Below are positions 52,373 to 62,420 of a DNA stretch of 64,000 nucleotides, in pieces. This DNA is from Octopus sinensis (Eukaryota): positions 64,976,001 to 65,040,000 of the forward strand of contig NC_043000.1 of the NCBI RefSeq assembly GCF_006345805.1, given 5' to 3'. The stretch's first letter is position 1, and each line of letters begins with the position of its first letter. The translations under genes were made by a program, and so were the position numbers. Under the pieces are notes generated by a model. That model saw only the letters and a program-made list of their open reading frames with translations, was not told the DNA's origin and did no database searches.

Positions 52373-54771
52373 GGTGGTGATAGTTTATTCTTTTTCACTT
52401 ATTTTATTTGAAATATTTTCTCAGTCATGACTGATTGAGTGACACATGGCTGAAATGATCAGGAGCTGATCTTTTGTCACAGAAGTTATGAGTGAAACCA
52501 TTGTATCCAGTATTGAATTGGTTTGTTGCATTGAAAACAGGTCCTATTTTCATTTTGCAGTGATTAGCATTATGTGGAGTACCTTGGTATGCATGTTTCC
52601 TCTAATTTAGTGATGTGTGAATATTCTGAATGAATGATTTACCTTGAAAGCTGCTGTATGCAGCTGTATATAATAAATACTCTATATTCTGTTGCTCTTC
52701 CAATATAAACATTGGCACTCCGTCGGTTACAATGAGGATTCCAGTTGATCTGATCAATAGAACAGCCTGCTCATAAAATTAATGTACATATGGTTGAGCA
52801 CTCCACTGACACGTGTACCCTTAGTGTAGCTGTGAGGGAGATTCAGTGTGTCACAGAGTGTGACAAGGCTGGCCCTTTCAAATACAGGTGCTATTCATTT
52901 TTGCCAGCTGAGTGGACTGAAAAATCATGAAATAAAGTGTCTTACTCATGGATACAACACGTCACTGGGAATTGAACTCATGACCTTACAATTGTGAGCC
53001 AAATACCCTAACTATTAAACCACATGCATTCACAACGTAAACATTATTACCTGTATTTATTACCTTCAGTATATCTACGACTACAGTGTCCAATGTATCT
53101 TTCCCTTATTTAAGATGGTGAAGGTTTGATTGGAGGAGAATTTGGTCACTACTTCTGACAGATTGAGTAACTGTATAGAGGTTCCCACCTTCACTTGGAA
53201 AAGAAGAACAAGACTTGTAAATCTGCTATGCTTTCCTTTAGGTTGAAAGGTCATGTTAGCTAAGGATTAGCTAAAAGTGTGTTGAATGACTATGTTGAAG
53301 GCAACTTAATAATCTCATCTAAAAAGAAAGGATTGTTTATAAGAAAGAAATCAAAAATATATTTCTAGGCTTGAGAGGCACTGATGTCATTATGTTGTGC
53401 ATATATTAATAATTTGTGAAGGCTTAGTGATTAGGATATTTGGCTCACGATTGTAAGGTCATGAGTTCAATTCCTGGCAACACCTTGTGTCCTTGAGCAA
53501 GACACATTATTTCATGTTACTCCAGTTCACTCAGCTGGCAAAAATGAGTAGCACCTGTATTTCAAAGGGCCATCATTGTCACACTCTGTGTTATGCTGAA
53601 TCTCCCTGAGAACTACATTAAAGATACATGTGTCTGTGGAGTGCTTGGCCACATGCATGTTAATTTCACAAGCAGGCTGTTCTGCTCAGATCAACTGGAA
53701 CCCATATTGTCATTACCGACAGAGTGCCATATCAACAATTTACTTAAAAATTTAGCAATAGGAATAGTTACATAGAAGATAAGTGGACTGGAGTAACATG
53801 AAATAAAGTGTCTTGCTCAAGGACACAATATGTTGCTAGGAACTGAACACATGACCTTACAATCATGAGCCAAATACCCTAACCACTAAGCTATGCACCT
53901 TCACAAATTGTTGATACAAGCACAACATAAGGTTATTTCATATTGTATGTTATAATAATTGCAGGATAGATATTTTATTCTTTGAGCATTTTTAATGTAT
54001 GAAATGTATTTATGATTATGTTGAGATATTCTGTTACAGTGAACAGTTTAGAAAGCATGTAATCAAGTGTGTGAGGAAAGAATTTAGGGAAATGTTTTTT
54101 AGCTGCTTTTGAAAGGTAGTTTGAGAAGCAAAATTATTTAATAGTAGACTCAAATAGCATTATAGCCATAGTAAGTATGAAATGTTGACAAATCATTCAA
54201 CTGCATTCATTATTATAACAGTTTATTATTTTTTTATGTGATTATACCTATTATTAACATTTTCAGAATGGGATGGGAAACTCCTTGCTTTAGGCCAAAT
54301 TCCACTCGCATTTAATTTTGAAACCATTTACTCAAGAAGTCTCTAAAACTGTCATGAAAAAAAAAAAAAAAAAGAGAGAAGACTGAAAAAACTCCTGTTT
54401 AAGTATTATAAGCAAAACAGTTCATATAATTGCAAACACACTATTTTTCTCAGTTCAGTTATGTTAGCAATTCACCTCTTGCACTACAAAAGTTTCTCAT
54501 TCCTTAGATTGCAGTCTTCCAAAGACCTTGTTTAACATGGTATGATCTTATCTATAAAATAGTTCTTGTGAATAAAGAATTTTTGCACATAAAAATGAGT
54601 TTTTAATTAAACATTAATATTGTATGGATTTTGTATTTTTCAGAACGTTGCTTCTTTGGCGCATGGGGAGAATTTGGTCCATGCAGAAATGGAGTGAAAA
54701 TTAAGAAAAGAGTTGTGCAGTATGGTGACTCAGAATGTATGAAACGTGCTGTGAAGACATTAAGTTGTTAA
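15406..54771 (+). CDS. PTN/MDK-like: Spliced pleiotrophin/midkine (miple)-family gene, 8 coding exons, 1140 nt CDS, 379 aa: signal peptide + PTN/MK N-domain + 5 PTN/MK C-domains + terminal variant domain
   Basis: join(15406-15508,17835-18035,32243-32383,37845-37979,40289-40423,50269-50418,52161-52307,54644-54771) = 103+201+141+135+135+150+147+128 nt. All junctions are GT-AG, phase 1, and open through to TAA. Protein: [379 protein letters not shown]. Cys/Trp spacing matches the PTN/MK domains. Confidence 0.9.
17835..18035 (+). CDS. Coding exon 2: PTN/MK N-terminal domain (6 Cys) plus basic linker
   Basis: ttttgtag|...G|gtaagc. C-x2-W-x4-C-x6-CGxG-x5-RTG-x2-C-x4-KT-x2-C-x-IPC follows the vertebrate PTN/MDK N-domain pattern. 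Confidence 0.9.
20470..20945. mobile_element. SINE-like repeat with internal ~29-bp subrepeats and (CAT)n tail (RTE-tail type)
   Basis: ggatgcccttcctaac motif; about 6 copies of gtgccttttatgtgtcac..gca at 20620-20800; related pieces at 16580-16690 and 49290-49440. Confidence 0.5.
24530..25080 (+). mobile_element. Possible decayed restriction-like-endonuclease domain of a CRE/NeSL-type non-LTR retrotransposon
   Basis: [19 protein letters not shown]...VWG resembles the GxxxxxEPxxLxxxDGKRPDG..PW motif; many stops. Confidence 0.4.
27139..27969. mobile_element. Foldback/MITE-like element with ~165-bp diverged terminal inverted repeats
   Basis: About 27139-27306 is the reverse complement of about 27812-27969. 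Shared blocks include aattattgctattc..tacttgtatccagtttt, ttggttagt, ttgattgcta and atggtcaataatttctca..tga.caatattgaccaaaata. Confidence 0.75.
29985..30366 (-). mobile_element. Full-length tRNA-derived SINE (family with ...atgactgaaacaagtaaaag tail)
   Basis: Minus-strand A-box tggctgtgtgg and B-box gagttcagaccc. The same family occurs at 1-245 (3' half), 16290-16450, 49530-49660 and 50570-51635. Confidence 0.8.
31905..32120 (+). mobile_element. tRNA-derived SINE (ctggcagaa..gttagca..ctgagttcaaatt family), representative copy
   Basis: Approximate + copies at 16840, 21270, 21500, 35455, 40560, 42465 and 48300; approximate - copies at 4880, 14020, 21050, 21930 and 57750. Confidence 0.8.
32243..32383 (+). 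CDS. Coding exon 3: PTN/MK C-domain repeat 1 (KGD)
   Basis: gttacag|...G|gtaagt, 141 nt; CKY-x3-W-x2-CD...LKKGDP..C...C. Confidence 0.92.
33297..34380. mobile_element. 1084-bp non-autonomous piggyBac-type element with an internal ~110-bp direct repeat
   Basis: TIR CCCTTTCGTTAC...GTAACGAAAGGG; TTAA on the right, ACAA on the left; internal repeats at about 33786-33890 and 33963-34070. Confidence 0.8.
34760..35130 (-). mobile_element. tRNA-derived SINE (ggcactccgtcggttacgac family), representative copy
   Basis: Minus-strand head tggcccagtggttagggcag...gtttcgattccc. Related copies at 12236-12540 (-), 16015-16200 (+), 52715-53033 (-), 53415-53730 (+) and 53770-53900 (-). Confidence 0.8.
36841..37061 (+). 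mobile_element. 221-bp piggyBac-type MITE, copy A
   Basis: TTAA|CCCTTTTGTTAC ... GTAACGAAAGGG|TTAA. Confidence 0.88.
37845..37979 (+). CDS. Coding exon 4: PTN/MK C-domain repeat 2 (RGD)
   Basis: tttgtag|...A|gtaagt, 135 nt; [12 protein letters not shown]...LRRGDPNRC...C. Confidence 0.92.
40289..40423 (+). CDS. Coding exon 5: PTN/MK C-domain repeat 3 (RGD); not in the supplied ORF track
   Basis: attttag|...A|gtgagt, 135 nt; [12 protein letters not shown]...LRRGDPNSC...C. Confidence 0.92.
43137..43520 (+). mobile_element. Possible Helentron-associated (HINE/DINE-1-like) non-autonomous element
   Basis: caaatttgagcgcaatcggatg followed by (GACA)n and tttatataatagata is the layout typical of DINE-1-like elements; assignment by resemblance only. 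Confidence 0.4.
44080..44600. repeat. Degenerate low-complexity satellite (tgttac/ttacat-rich)
   Basis: Recurrent ttacagctt, tacatgt and tgttact; produces spurious Y/C/L-rich ORFs. Confidence 0.8.
44887..45103 (+). mobile_element. Mariner-derived MITE
   Basis: TA|TGAAGGGATGCTGAAAAGTTCCTGG ... CCAGGAATCTCTCAACATCCCCT imperfect TIRs. Internal [18 protein letters not shown] matches the mariner C-terminus KLxxRWxKCVxxxGxYVE. Confidence 0.75.
46214..46707. mobile_element. hAT-type MITE
   Basis: Termini TAGAGGTCGCCAAA / TTTGGCGACCCTTG; 8-bp TSD not convincingly preserved. Confidence 0.55.
46930..47720. repeat. Degenerate tgttacatctgtt satellite with higher-order periodicity
   Basis: An actggtgttac...tgaa...tgtttc block recurs at about 46997, 47284 and 47650. 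Confidence 0.75.
48773..48993 (-). mobile_element. 221-bp piggyBac-type MITE, copy B (inverted relative to A)
   Basis: TTAA|CCCTTTTGTTAC ... GTAACGAAAGGG|TTAA. Its reverse complement aligns end-to-end with 36841-37061. A degraded relative ends at about 41704. Confidence 0.88.
50269..50418 (+). CDS. Coding exon 6: PTN/MK C-domain repeat 4 (two possible in-frame donors)
   Basis: tttgtag| acceptor; donors G|gtaatg at 50401 and G|gtatgt at 50419; [12 protein letters not shown]...C...C. Confidence 0.9.
50881..51009. repeat. Inverted repeat: 62-bp arms, 5-nt loop, 1 mismatch
   Basis: 50881-50942 versus 50948-51009, loop tggat. Confidence 0.97.
51031..51283. repeat. Perfect 253-bp palindrome (126-bp arms, 1-nt centre at 51157)
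   Basis: Arms compared base by base with no mismatch found. Confidence 0.97.
52161..52307 (+). CDS. Coding exon 7: PTN/MK C-domain repeat 5
   Basis: attctag|...G|gtaagt, 147 nt; [12 protein letters not shown]...C...C. The ORF track shows only an antisense ORF here. Confidence 0.9.
54644..54771 (+). CDS. Coding exon 8: terminal divergent 4-Cys PTN/TSR-like domain and stop
   Basis: tttttcag| acceptor; [45 protein letters not shown], in frame with phase 1. Confidence 0.85.
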
Positions 54772-54891
54772 TTATTTTCAGAGGAAATAGGGTCTTCTGA
54801 AATTGCTTGATTTTTTTAAATGTATTTTCTTAAGTTTCTTTTTTTCCTCCCATTTGTGTATAAGTATAATTAACAAATTAACTTTAATCAA

Positions 54892-54897
54892 AATAAA
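54892..54897 (+). terminator. Candidate proximal polyadenylation signal AATAAA
   Basis: First AATAAA about 120 nt after the stop, followed by T-rich sequence. Others exist downstream (e.g. 55078), so usage is unknown. Confidence 0.4.
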
Positions 54898-57800
54898 GTA
54901 ATTTTATTACACTTCTTTGGCTATATAGACTTATAGAAATGTCTGTAATATTTGCCTCACCTATGTGTATCCTTTGTCTTTTGTTTGTTATAATATTAAA
55001 AGATAGTACACAGACCCTAAATGTGTTTTAGGACATAATTTCAATTACTGGGATACCGTATAATCTGAGTTTTTAAAAATAAATCTGTCTTATATTATTA
55101 TTTGATTTTATCAATTAAGAAAATAACATTTAAAGTTAACTGAAGATAAAATTGTGTGTAAAAGGAATTAATTAACTGGTTAAGTTGCCTTTAGAGATTA
55201 ATTGACAGCATTTCAGACAGAACAAAGTGTCTTTTCTGCCAATGGCACTGTTTAAGGAATCATGGAAATATGAATGACAGGTTTGGAAAGAAAATGAAAT
55301 CTAAAACGATTATGGAAAGAATTTGACATTGTTGTTGACAGTGGCCAGTGATAACATGTTTTGGTAAAATAGTCAAGAATATTCATTGTAAGATTTACCG
55401 TAGATATTTTTTAAAAAATGAGGGCTAGTTTGGATTTCTATAGCTCTCAATTTTCATTTGAGTTTATTTTTTGTTTATTGATGTATTAATCATCATATTA
55501 GAAAGACAAGCTGTATAATCTTTGTCTGGTAATAATGTTATGTTCAGTTATTCAGTATGCATTGGTGTTGATATATGAAGTTAATTCAAAGCTGTTATCA
55601 GTGAGAAGAGATGGTGACAATCAGCTACAGCTATTGGTATTTGTAATGAAAATAAATATTAATAATAATGATAATTATAATAGCAGTAAAGGTGCACTTC
55701 ATACAGGTAACGATAAATGTTGATGACAACCTCTACAAGGTGTCATAGTTATTAACCAAGCTTTTGATGGTTGCCACAAATGTAGACAATCACAGTTTGC
55801 AATCATTTTGATTCTAACACACATATATATATAACTATATATATATATGTGTGTGTGTGTGTTATAGATAGCTTTTGTCATCAACAGTTAACAAAATAAT
55901 CATAGGTAAGTTCAGTTACTGAGTTACTGATTAGTAAAACAGTACATCAGAACACTAACAGCTATAATTTGGAATGCTTATATATATATATGTATACGAT
56001 TGAGGAAGCTACAACTTTCAGACAATCTCAGCATAATCTGAATTCCTTCAATCAAGTGTAGGCTCATTTAAAAGAAATCTATTGCTATCAGCTTCAGTTA
56101 CAGGTTGCCATTCTCAGAAGTAACAACACATTCAGCAGTCATAGTAGTAACACTGAAATTCTCTTTTATTTCCCCATAAACCCAGTTTTACTTTTCATTT
56201 ATGTTAAAATCAAATTAAACATTGCTTTTTGTGTTTGTATATAAATCATACATATACACATATTTACACATAGCTACATTCATATATGTGTTTTTGTCAA
56301 TATAATCATAGCTATATTTATATATACATATATATATATATATTCACATGTACCTATACATATATATATCTTAGTGTGCATGTGTTTAATTTCAATCCAA
56401 ATGTAGACTTGTATCATTTTATTTCATTAATTCTGCCATCCTTTATAACGAAAATATCTGTGGTAAACTCATTCAACATAACATGAAGTAACATGAAATA
56501 AGGGGATAGTAACCTTGACTTTTAAAAATATGGTTGATCTGTCATATTATTTGGAATGTTTCAATTCTGATAGTCTCTTGGTTTTCTTCTGATATTCCTT
56601 TGGTTTCCATTCTACCCATTCAAATGTTTGAGAAGAAGAAAACCTCCATTGAGAGTCAAACTGGCTCAGAAAGAAAAGTATGAATTGTGTTGATTTGAAA
56701 GAAGAAACATTTTAAATGAAGACAAATTGCTTTGCTAATCTGCTGTAATCAGGAGTAACTTTGCAGCTTCCACTTATAACTTAGCAGCTCATCTATCACT
56801 GTAACAATTTTATTGCTTTTTTTTGATTTTCTTAATAAACAGTTTCCTAAAACTTTGTCTTGCTGCTATTCTTTTTTGAGCATTTCATTCTTGCTATAAT
56901 TAATTTAAATTTTGTACAATCAATATGCATAATAGGAAAGTGAAAAATCAACAATGTCTTTGGAAAAGAAAATATCAATAATTTTAAATTAAGGTATTCA
57001 GTTTCTTATAACTATGAAGATAAGATACATAGTAGCTCTCCTAAGAAACTCTTGCCATTGCTAAATGCATTCTATAATTACATGCATAGCAAACTGTAAG
57101 CAATTTTTAATGAGAGTTACAAAGAAAATGATGTTACTTGTTAGTGCTTTGTCCTATATCATTGAACCACTTGACATCAGAATCAACAGAGCAATGAAAA
57201 AAATAATCAATTTTCAAGGAAATTAGATTATGTAGCAACACAGTTTCCCATTCACTAACAAAATGTACACGCCTTTCCTCCAAAAATAAAAAATAAAAAA
57301 AAAACAACTTGCATTTGAATATAATGCACAATTCTGAAGATGATGTAGAGTGGAATCTACACCAAATCATAAACTAGCAACTGCATTGAATGACCTTATT
57401 TTGTAGTGCTCATATGAGTACAAATATCTGGGGATTTGTAGTGAAGTGAGATGGAAGAAATAAAATAAATCTAGTAATATAAAAATAAAAATAATCATAC
57501 TGTATAAATCCAAAATCAACATAGACATATATCTTGTATGCTTGCAGCAAAGTCTAGTTTCACCAACATTCGTTGATTCACCAGTAGAGATGCTAACACA
57601 GAAAGGAAGTTTCCACAGCAGATATTATTTATAAGAATAAAGTTTGGATAACTCTATATAGCAGCAATTTTGATAAAACTGGTAAAACTAATAAAACGTA
57701 TGAAGTATCTTTGATTATTCAAGCAAAACTTGTAATGAAATATTGGTTTCAAATTTTGGCACAGGCCAGCAAGTTCGAGGGAGGGGTAAGTCGATTACAT

Positions 57801-57974
57801 CAACCCCAGTCCTCAACTGGTATATATTTTGTTGACTTGAAAAGATGGAAGGTAAAGGTTTCCTTGGCAGCATTTGAACTCAGAAAATAGCGACAGACAA
57901 AACACTGCTATACTTTCAGCCTTCAATTAACCTAGCCCTCCTAATTTTCAAAAAAAAAAACCTCGTTTCTGTAG

Positions 57975-59795
57975 TCACATTTCGTTTCTCAGTTGCTGCT
58001 TGGATCACCACCTCATCCTTAAAGGTTTCTGCCTCCATTTCTACCCCACTCTCCACTCTGCTACAACCATCCTACCCACACTCCATACTACATTCTACCG
58101 CCTTATGAGCGCCACCATTCGTTCAAATCTCTCCAAAATACACACTATCGACCATCTTCTCCCTCTTGCTTTTTCCATCTTCTCCTCTCAGTCACCCTCC
58201 CATGCAAACACTACGTTATGTTACATAATTCATTTAAATCATCTCTTTCATTAATTTCTTGCTCACACCAAACAATGTAAACTCCACTCACTCCTCCATT
58301 CCATCACACCCGATGCCACTATCCCAACTCCACTACTCTCACCCTCCCTGATACGCTCACCAAACCCCTCACACACATACACCCACCACTCACTCCCAGC
58401 CTTCCGCCATCCCCACCACGCCTCCTACTTCTATCCCATCCACCCCTTCTCCACTTCAGTCTGTTGTTACCATTCCCCCAGATTTTCTTCTCTCTGAGGC
58501 GGAGCGCTCCCTCCTCTGTAGGGGTCTGCGCTTCATCTCCCTTCCTTCCATCCAGCAACGAATTTCGGACTCGTACCGATATCCACAGCGCCTTGTTAGG
58601 TTGTGCGCGCTTTTCCGCGACACTCCACCAATATCTAATGAGGAGGTGGTGTGGCGCGCGGACCTCTACAAGGCGGAAGCTTTCCGCCAACTTCAAGACA
58701 CCTCCTTTTACTACCCTCTGCTCTCTAACCCCACGTCCAGCAACCAACAGACTGTGTCCTCCACTATCCTACGTTGAGGCCCAAATACACCCAAGTTTCA
58801 CTGGTCTCACTCCCGAACTATACGGCCGTTATATTGACGACTGTATCGGTACGACCTCACTCTCCCGCGAACATCTAGACTCCTTCCCCTCTTTCGTCAA
58901 ATCTTTCCATCCTGCCCTTCACTTCTGCACTATCTCTGACACCTCTGTCTCCTTTCTTGACATTTCAGTCAGCAGTCATCACTCTACTCTCACCATTTCC
59001 ATCCACTGCAAACACACAGACTCACATTCATACCTTAACTTTTCCTCCTCCTACCCTAAACACACCAAGCTTTCCCTCCCCTGTTCCCAATTCCTCTGTC
59101 TAAGCAGACTCTGCAGTGACTACCATGACTTTGAGACTCAGTCTCAACTCATGGTTCGCCACTTCATCCTACGTGGATATCCCCTTACCACTATCCAGAG
59201 CACGTTCCATGGACAGTGCATCTGCTCTCTCCTCCGCACCCGCCCCGCCGTTCCCGTTTCCCCTCACCTACCGCCCCGCCACCCTACCTCTCCAACGCAC
59301 CACTCTTCGAGCCTTCCGGCGACCCCAGTCCGACCCTCCACTTCGCACATCTCCTCTAACAGACCCCTCCCCTCCTTCAAACGAGCCCACAACCTACGAG
59401 AACTCTTGGTCCACAGCTTCTTCCCTAACCCAACCGCCCACGCTGCCGCACTTGCCCTTACTTCTCCAACACCATCCTCCTCACTAGCACTCATCATCGA
59501 CCCTATCATATCACCAACTCCTTCACCTGCACTTCTTCCAATGTCATCTACTGCATCTCCTGCTCTCTCTGCCCTTCTCTATTCATCGGACAAACGAGAC
59601 GCCGCTTGGCTGACCGGTTCGTGGAACACCTCCGAGACATCCGACTCGGCAATGACACCCCTGTCTTGCGCCATTTCCGCTCTACTGGTCACTCTTTACA
59701 ACACCTGTCTGTGTCCGGATTATTCTTGCACAGGGGCCATTCGGACTCCAGTTTGCGCCGTGAACAAGGATTAATCTTCTCTCTTCGCGCAGAGA
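57975..59795 (+). mobile_element. Penelope-like retroelement (RT + GIY-YIG), internally deleted and frameshifted
   Basis: N-terminal SHISFLSCCLDHHLILKGF; VVWRADLYKAEAFRQLQDTSFY; RT YVEAQI...PELYGRYIDDCIG; SVSFLDI; thumb HTDSHSYLNFSSSYPKHTKLSLP; GIY-YIG SFTCTSSNVIYCISCSLCPSLFIGQTRRRLADRFVEHLRDIR...RREQGLIFSL. Confidence 0.93.
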
Positions 59796-60439
59796 GAAAG
59801 CACAAACAGAAAAACCGCTGTAAAGCAGCACAAAACAATCAGCACCCCTCAAACAAAACACCAACACAACACGAATACTACAAAAAGCATCTATGAGGGT
59901 GTAGGAGCGTTTGTATAGTTGTAGCTAGCATGTTCACAGTTTACCTTTAAGTACCCACATTTTAGACCATCACTGTTCTGCAAGCGTCACATGACCATGC
60001 TCGTTCGTGCTGATTGGATGCTTTAAGTCATCCACTCAGACCGCTCCATTTTGAGCCTACTCTTAGCTATTTAAAGATGCCTTTTCCTGCTATTTTCTTC
60101 AGTGGGGTGGGTCGTCATGATGGAGTTCGGATCTTTGGCATAGAGCAAGTTTTATTCCGCTATGCTTTCTCAGTGAGGAGAGAATTGTCAGAAGAGATTT
60201 TTGTCGCCATGCTATGTGTTTTTCCCGAGCACATCATCTTGAAGCTGCACGAGAAACTAATGTATTTTTATTAACAGAATTATTCATGTGTACCAGTCTG
60301 CTGTATCTTCTATTAGCGGAGAAATAAATGTGGCCGCCAACTTTAACTTGTGTTTTAGTATTTCTTGATGTCCTTTATCATGACCCGTTTGAAATGAGAA
60401 GATTATAATATTACCAGAACCTTAGCCACATTCACCTTT

Positions 60440-62420
60440 TCACATCGCTAAATAGTATTCGTCTTCCAATTTCACGTAAGAGCCTTGGCAGAAGATACTT
60501 GCTCAAAATGCTGCAAAGAGAAATCAGGGCCATATCAGAGTCAAATTAGTAAAATGAATCATCAAAGTCAATTCGACCAGAAAATACAACATTCTTTCCT
60601 CGGAGAAAAATTAGAGTCTGAGAAAACAAGTGTTGGTTAGCTTAGTGTAAGGAAGTCATAAAAATTTGCACAATGGTAACCCTTAGTTCTACTGATAAAG
60701 ATCATCTTTATCTTTATTTCGGTTACGCACTTGAATTATTTCAGAACATTATCAGGAAAACCAATCAGATCACAGAAACTATTTGTAAACAATAACAAAG
60801 GTTATCACTTTCTGAAAAGCTCAGATCGCTTATACTGAGAAAGCAGAAATAGTGGCACAAGACGCAAAGTTACACATTTTGCATGAATCAATTTTACCCG
60901 CATTTAGAAAGCTGTTTAAAAAATGTTAGAAATTAAGAGAGGACAAAAATTCCACTCTCAAATAATATCTTTCCTAAACGAGTTATGGATCTGTTAGATA
61001 AGAAAGATGTAAGGTGTCAGAATAAACTTCAGAATCTGCTTGCAAGCTAATGAATCAACAGACATTGGTAACAAAGCATAATTACATTTCTTTGCTTTAC
61101 TGATGGAGACCAAATTATAAAGCAGTTCTTTTTGACTACAAAAGAAAAAAAAATTGCCATACCCAATGAGAGGTTAAGGTGTCTTTCATAATATATTTGA
61201 CGACTTTGAAAAATGGAAGTCAAGCATCAGAATGATCAGAATTTGTTCTACTGGGACTCCATCCGCGTAAGCTCTATAAAAGGTTTGCATCACTCATAAA
61301 ACAGCATAAGCGTAGTGTTATGGAGATGCATTGTATTCTCCGAAGGGAGTTGCACATTTTAAAAACATTAGCAGATGAATGTAAAATATATTTTCGACGA
61401 AGTTGGAATGTTTATTTTCCATTGAAGAATTGCTTATTTGAACAAATTTGTTTCGATGTGGATTCATAGTAGAAGTGTAGTTTTACACACAAAAGTCATA
61501 TAACTGTTAAGAAGAAAGGTGTAAGAGATATAAACATGTTAACAGTGCCAACAGAAATATGGGCATACCTCACATTTTGGAAAAGCTGCATTCCTAAAAA
61601 TGTCGCCGTAACATAGAATGTAGTAACATGAAACCCATTTTCTCATTGACTTTCATGTCATAGACTGAGATGCTTTCCGACGGAAAAAAATTAAAAAAAC
61701 ATACAGTACAGGGTGTACATGCATTAAAACGTTAGAAAAATGCATTAAGAAATTAATAACAGGAATAGCTTAGTAGGGTAAATAATACTTGTCACAAAAT
61801 ATGTTCACTCTACGTCAGCAAAAAGTTGTAGTCTTCGGGTGCAAGAATGGAAATGAGAGACGGCAAGGGATGGAATAGTATTGTCGAAGGATGGACGAAT
61901 TGATGTACACAAAACAATGTGCGTCTAGGAGGCGGGGGTAGGTTGTTCCTAGTAAGAACGTTGAAAGTAATAAGAAAAATGATTGTAGGAGAAAACATGA
62001 GTCGAAAGAATCAAATTGGTAGGCTGTAAGAGCAAAAATGTACAGAGAATGGAGACAGAAAAATAAATGTCAAGATGTGTGGCCGGAAGTATTAAGTTGA
62101 TAAATCAAATATATATTATTTCTAAGAAAGAAAAAAAATACGCATATGAGCATATCGGGATTTTAGTTTGTAAAATTGTTAAAATTTGTTCCTGTGTCCA
62201 TAAGAGTGTAGTTACAAGTAGTACCCAAAATTATGAGAATATGCAAAATAAAGTTGAAAATATTCTCATTTCGCTTGATAAGCTGATTGCATTTCAGAAG
62301 GACATAGCGTTTGAAAAAACTAAAGCTAAAGATGGTAACTTCGAAATACTCGCAATAATGTCAAGATAATTAATAGAAATAATTCTTGTTAGGTAGTTGA
62401 AAAAATAGGAAGGCAATAAA
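60440..62420 (+). mobile_element. Degenerate hAT (Buster/Charlie, ZBED8/SCAND3-like) transposase remnant
   Basis: Fragments in order: KIPLSNNIFPKRV, LQANESTDIGNKA (LQLDESTD), ICSTGTPS (ICTDGAP), HCILRRE (HCxxHRE), NILISLDKLIAFQKDIAFEKTKAKDGNFEI (dimerisation-proximal region). Confidence 0.78.

Noticed and set aside
58464-59774. 436-aa ORF as an intact reverse transcriptase gene
   Set aside because: Only about 58770-59200 is in the RT frame. The flanking motifs lie in other frames and key RT motifs are deleted.
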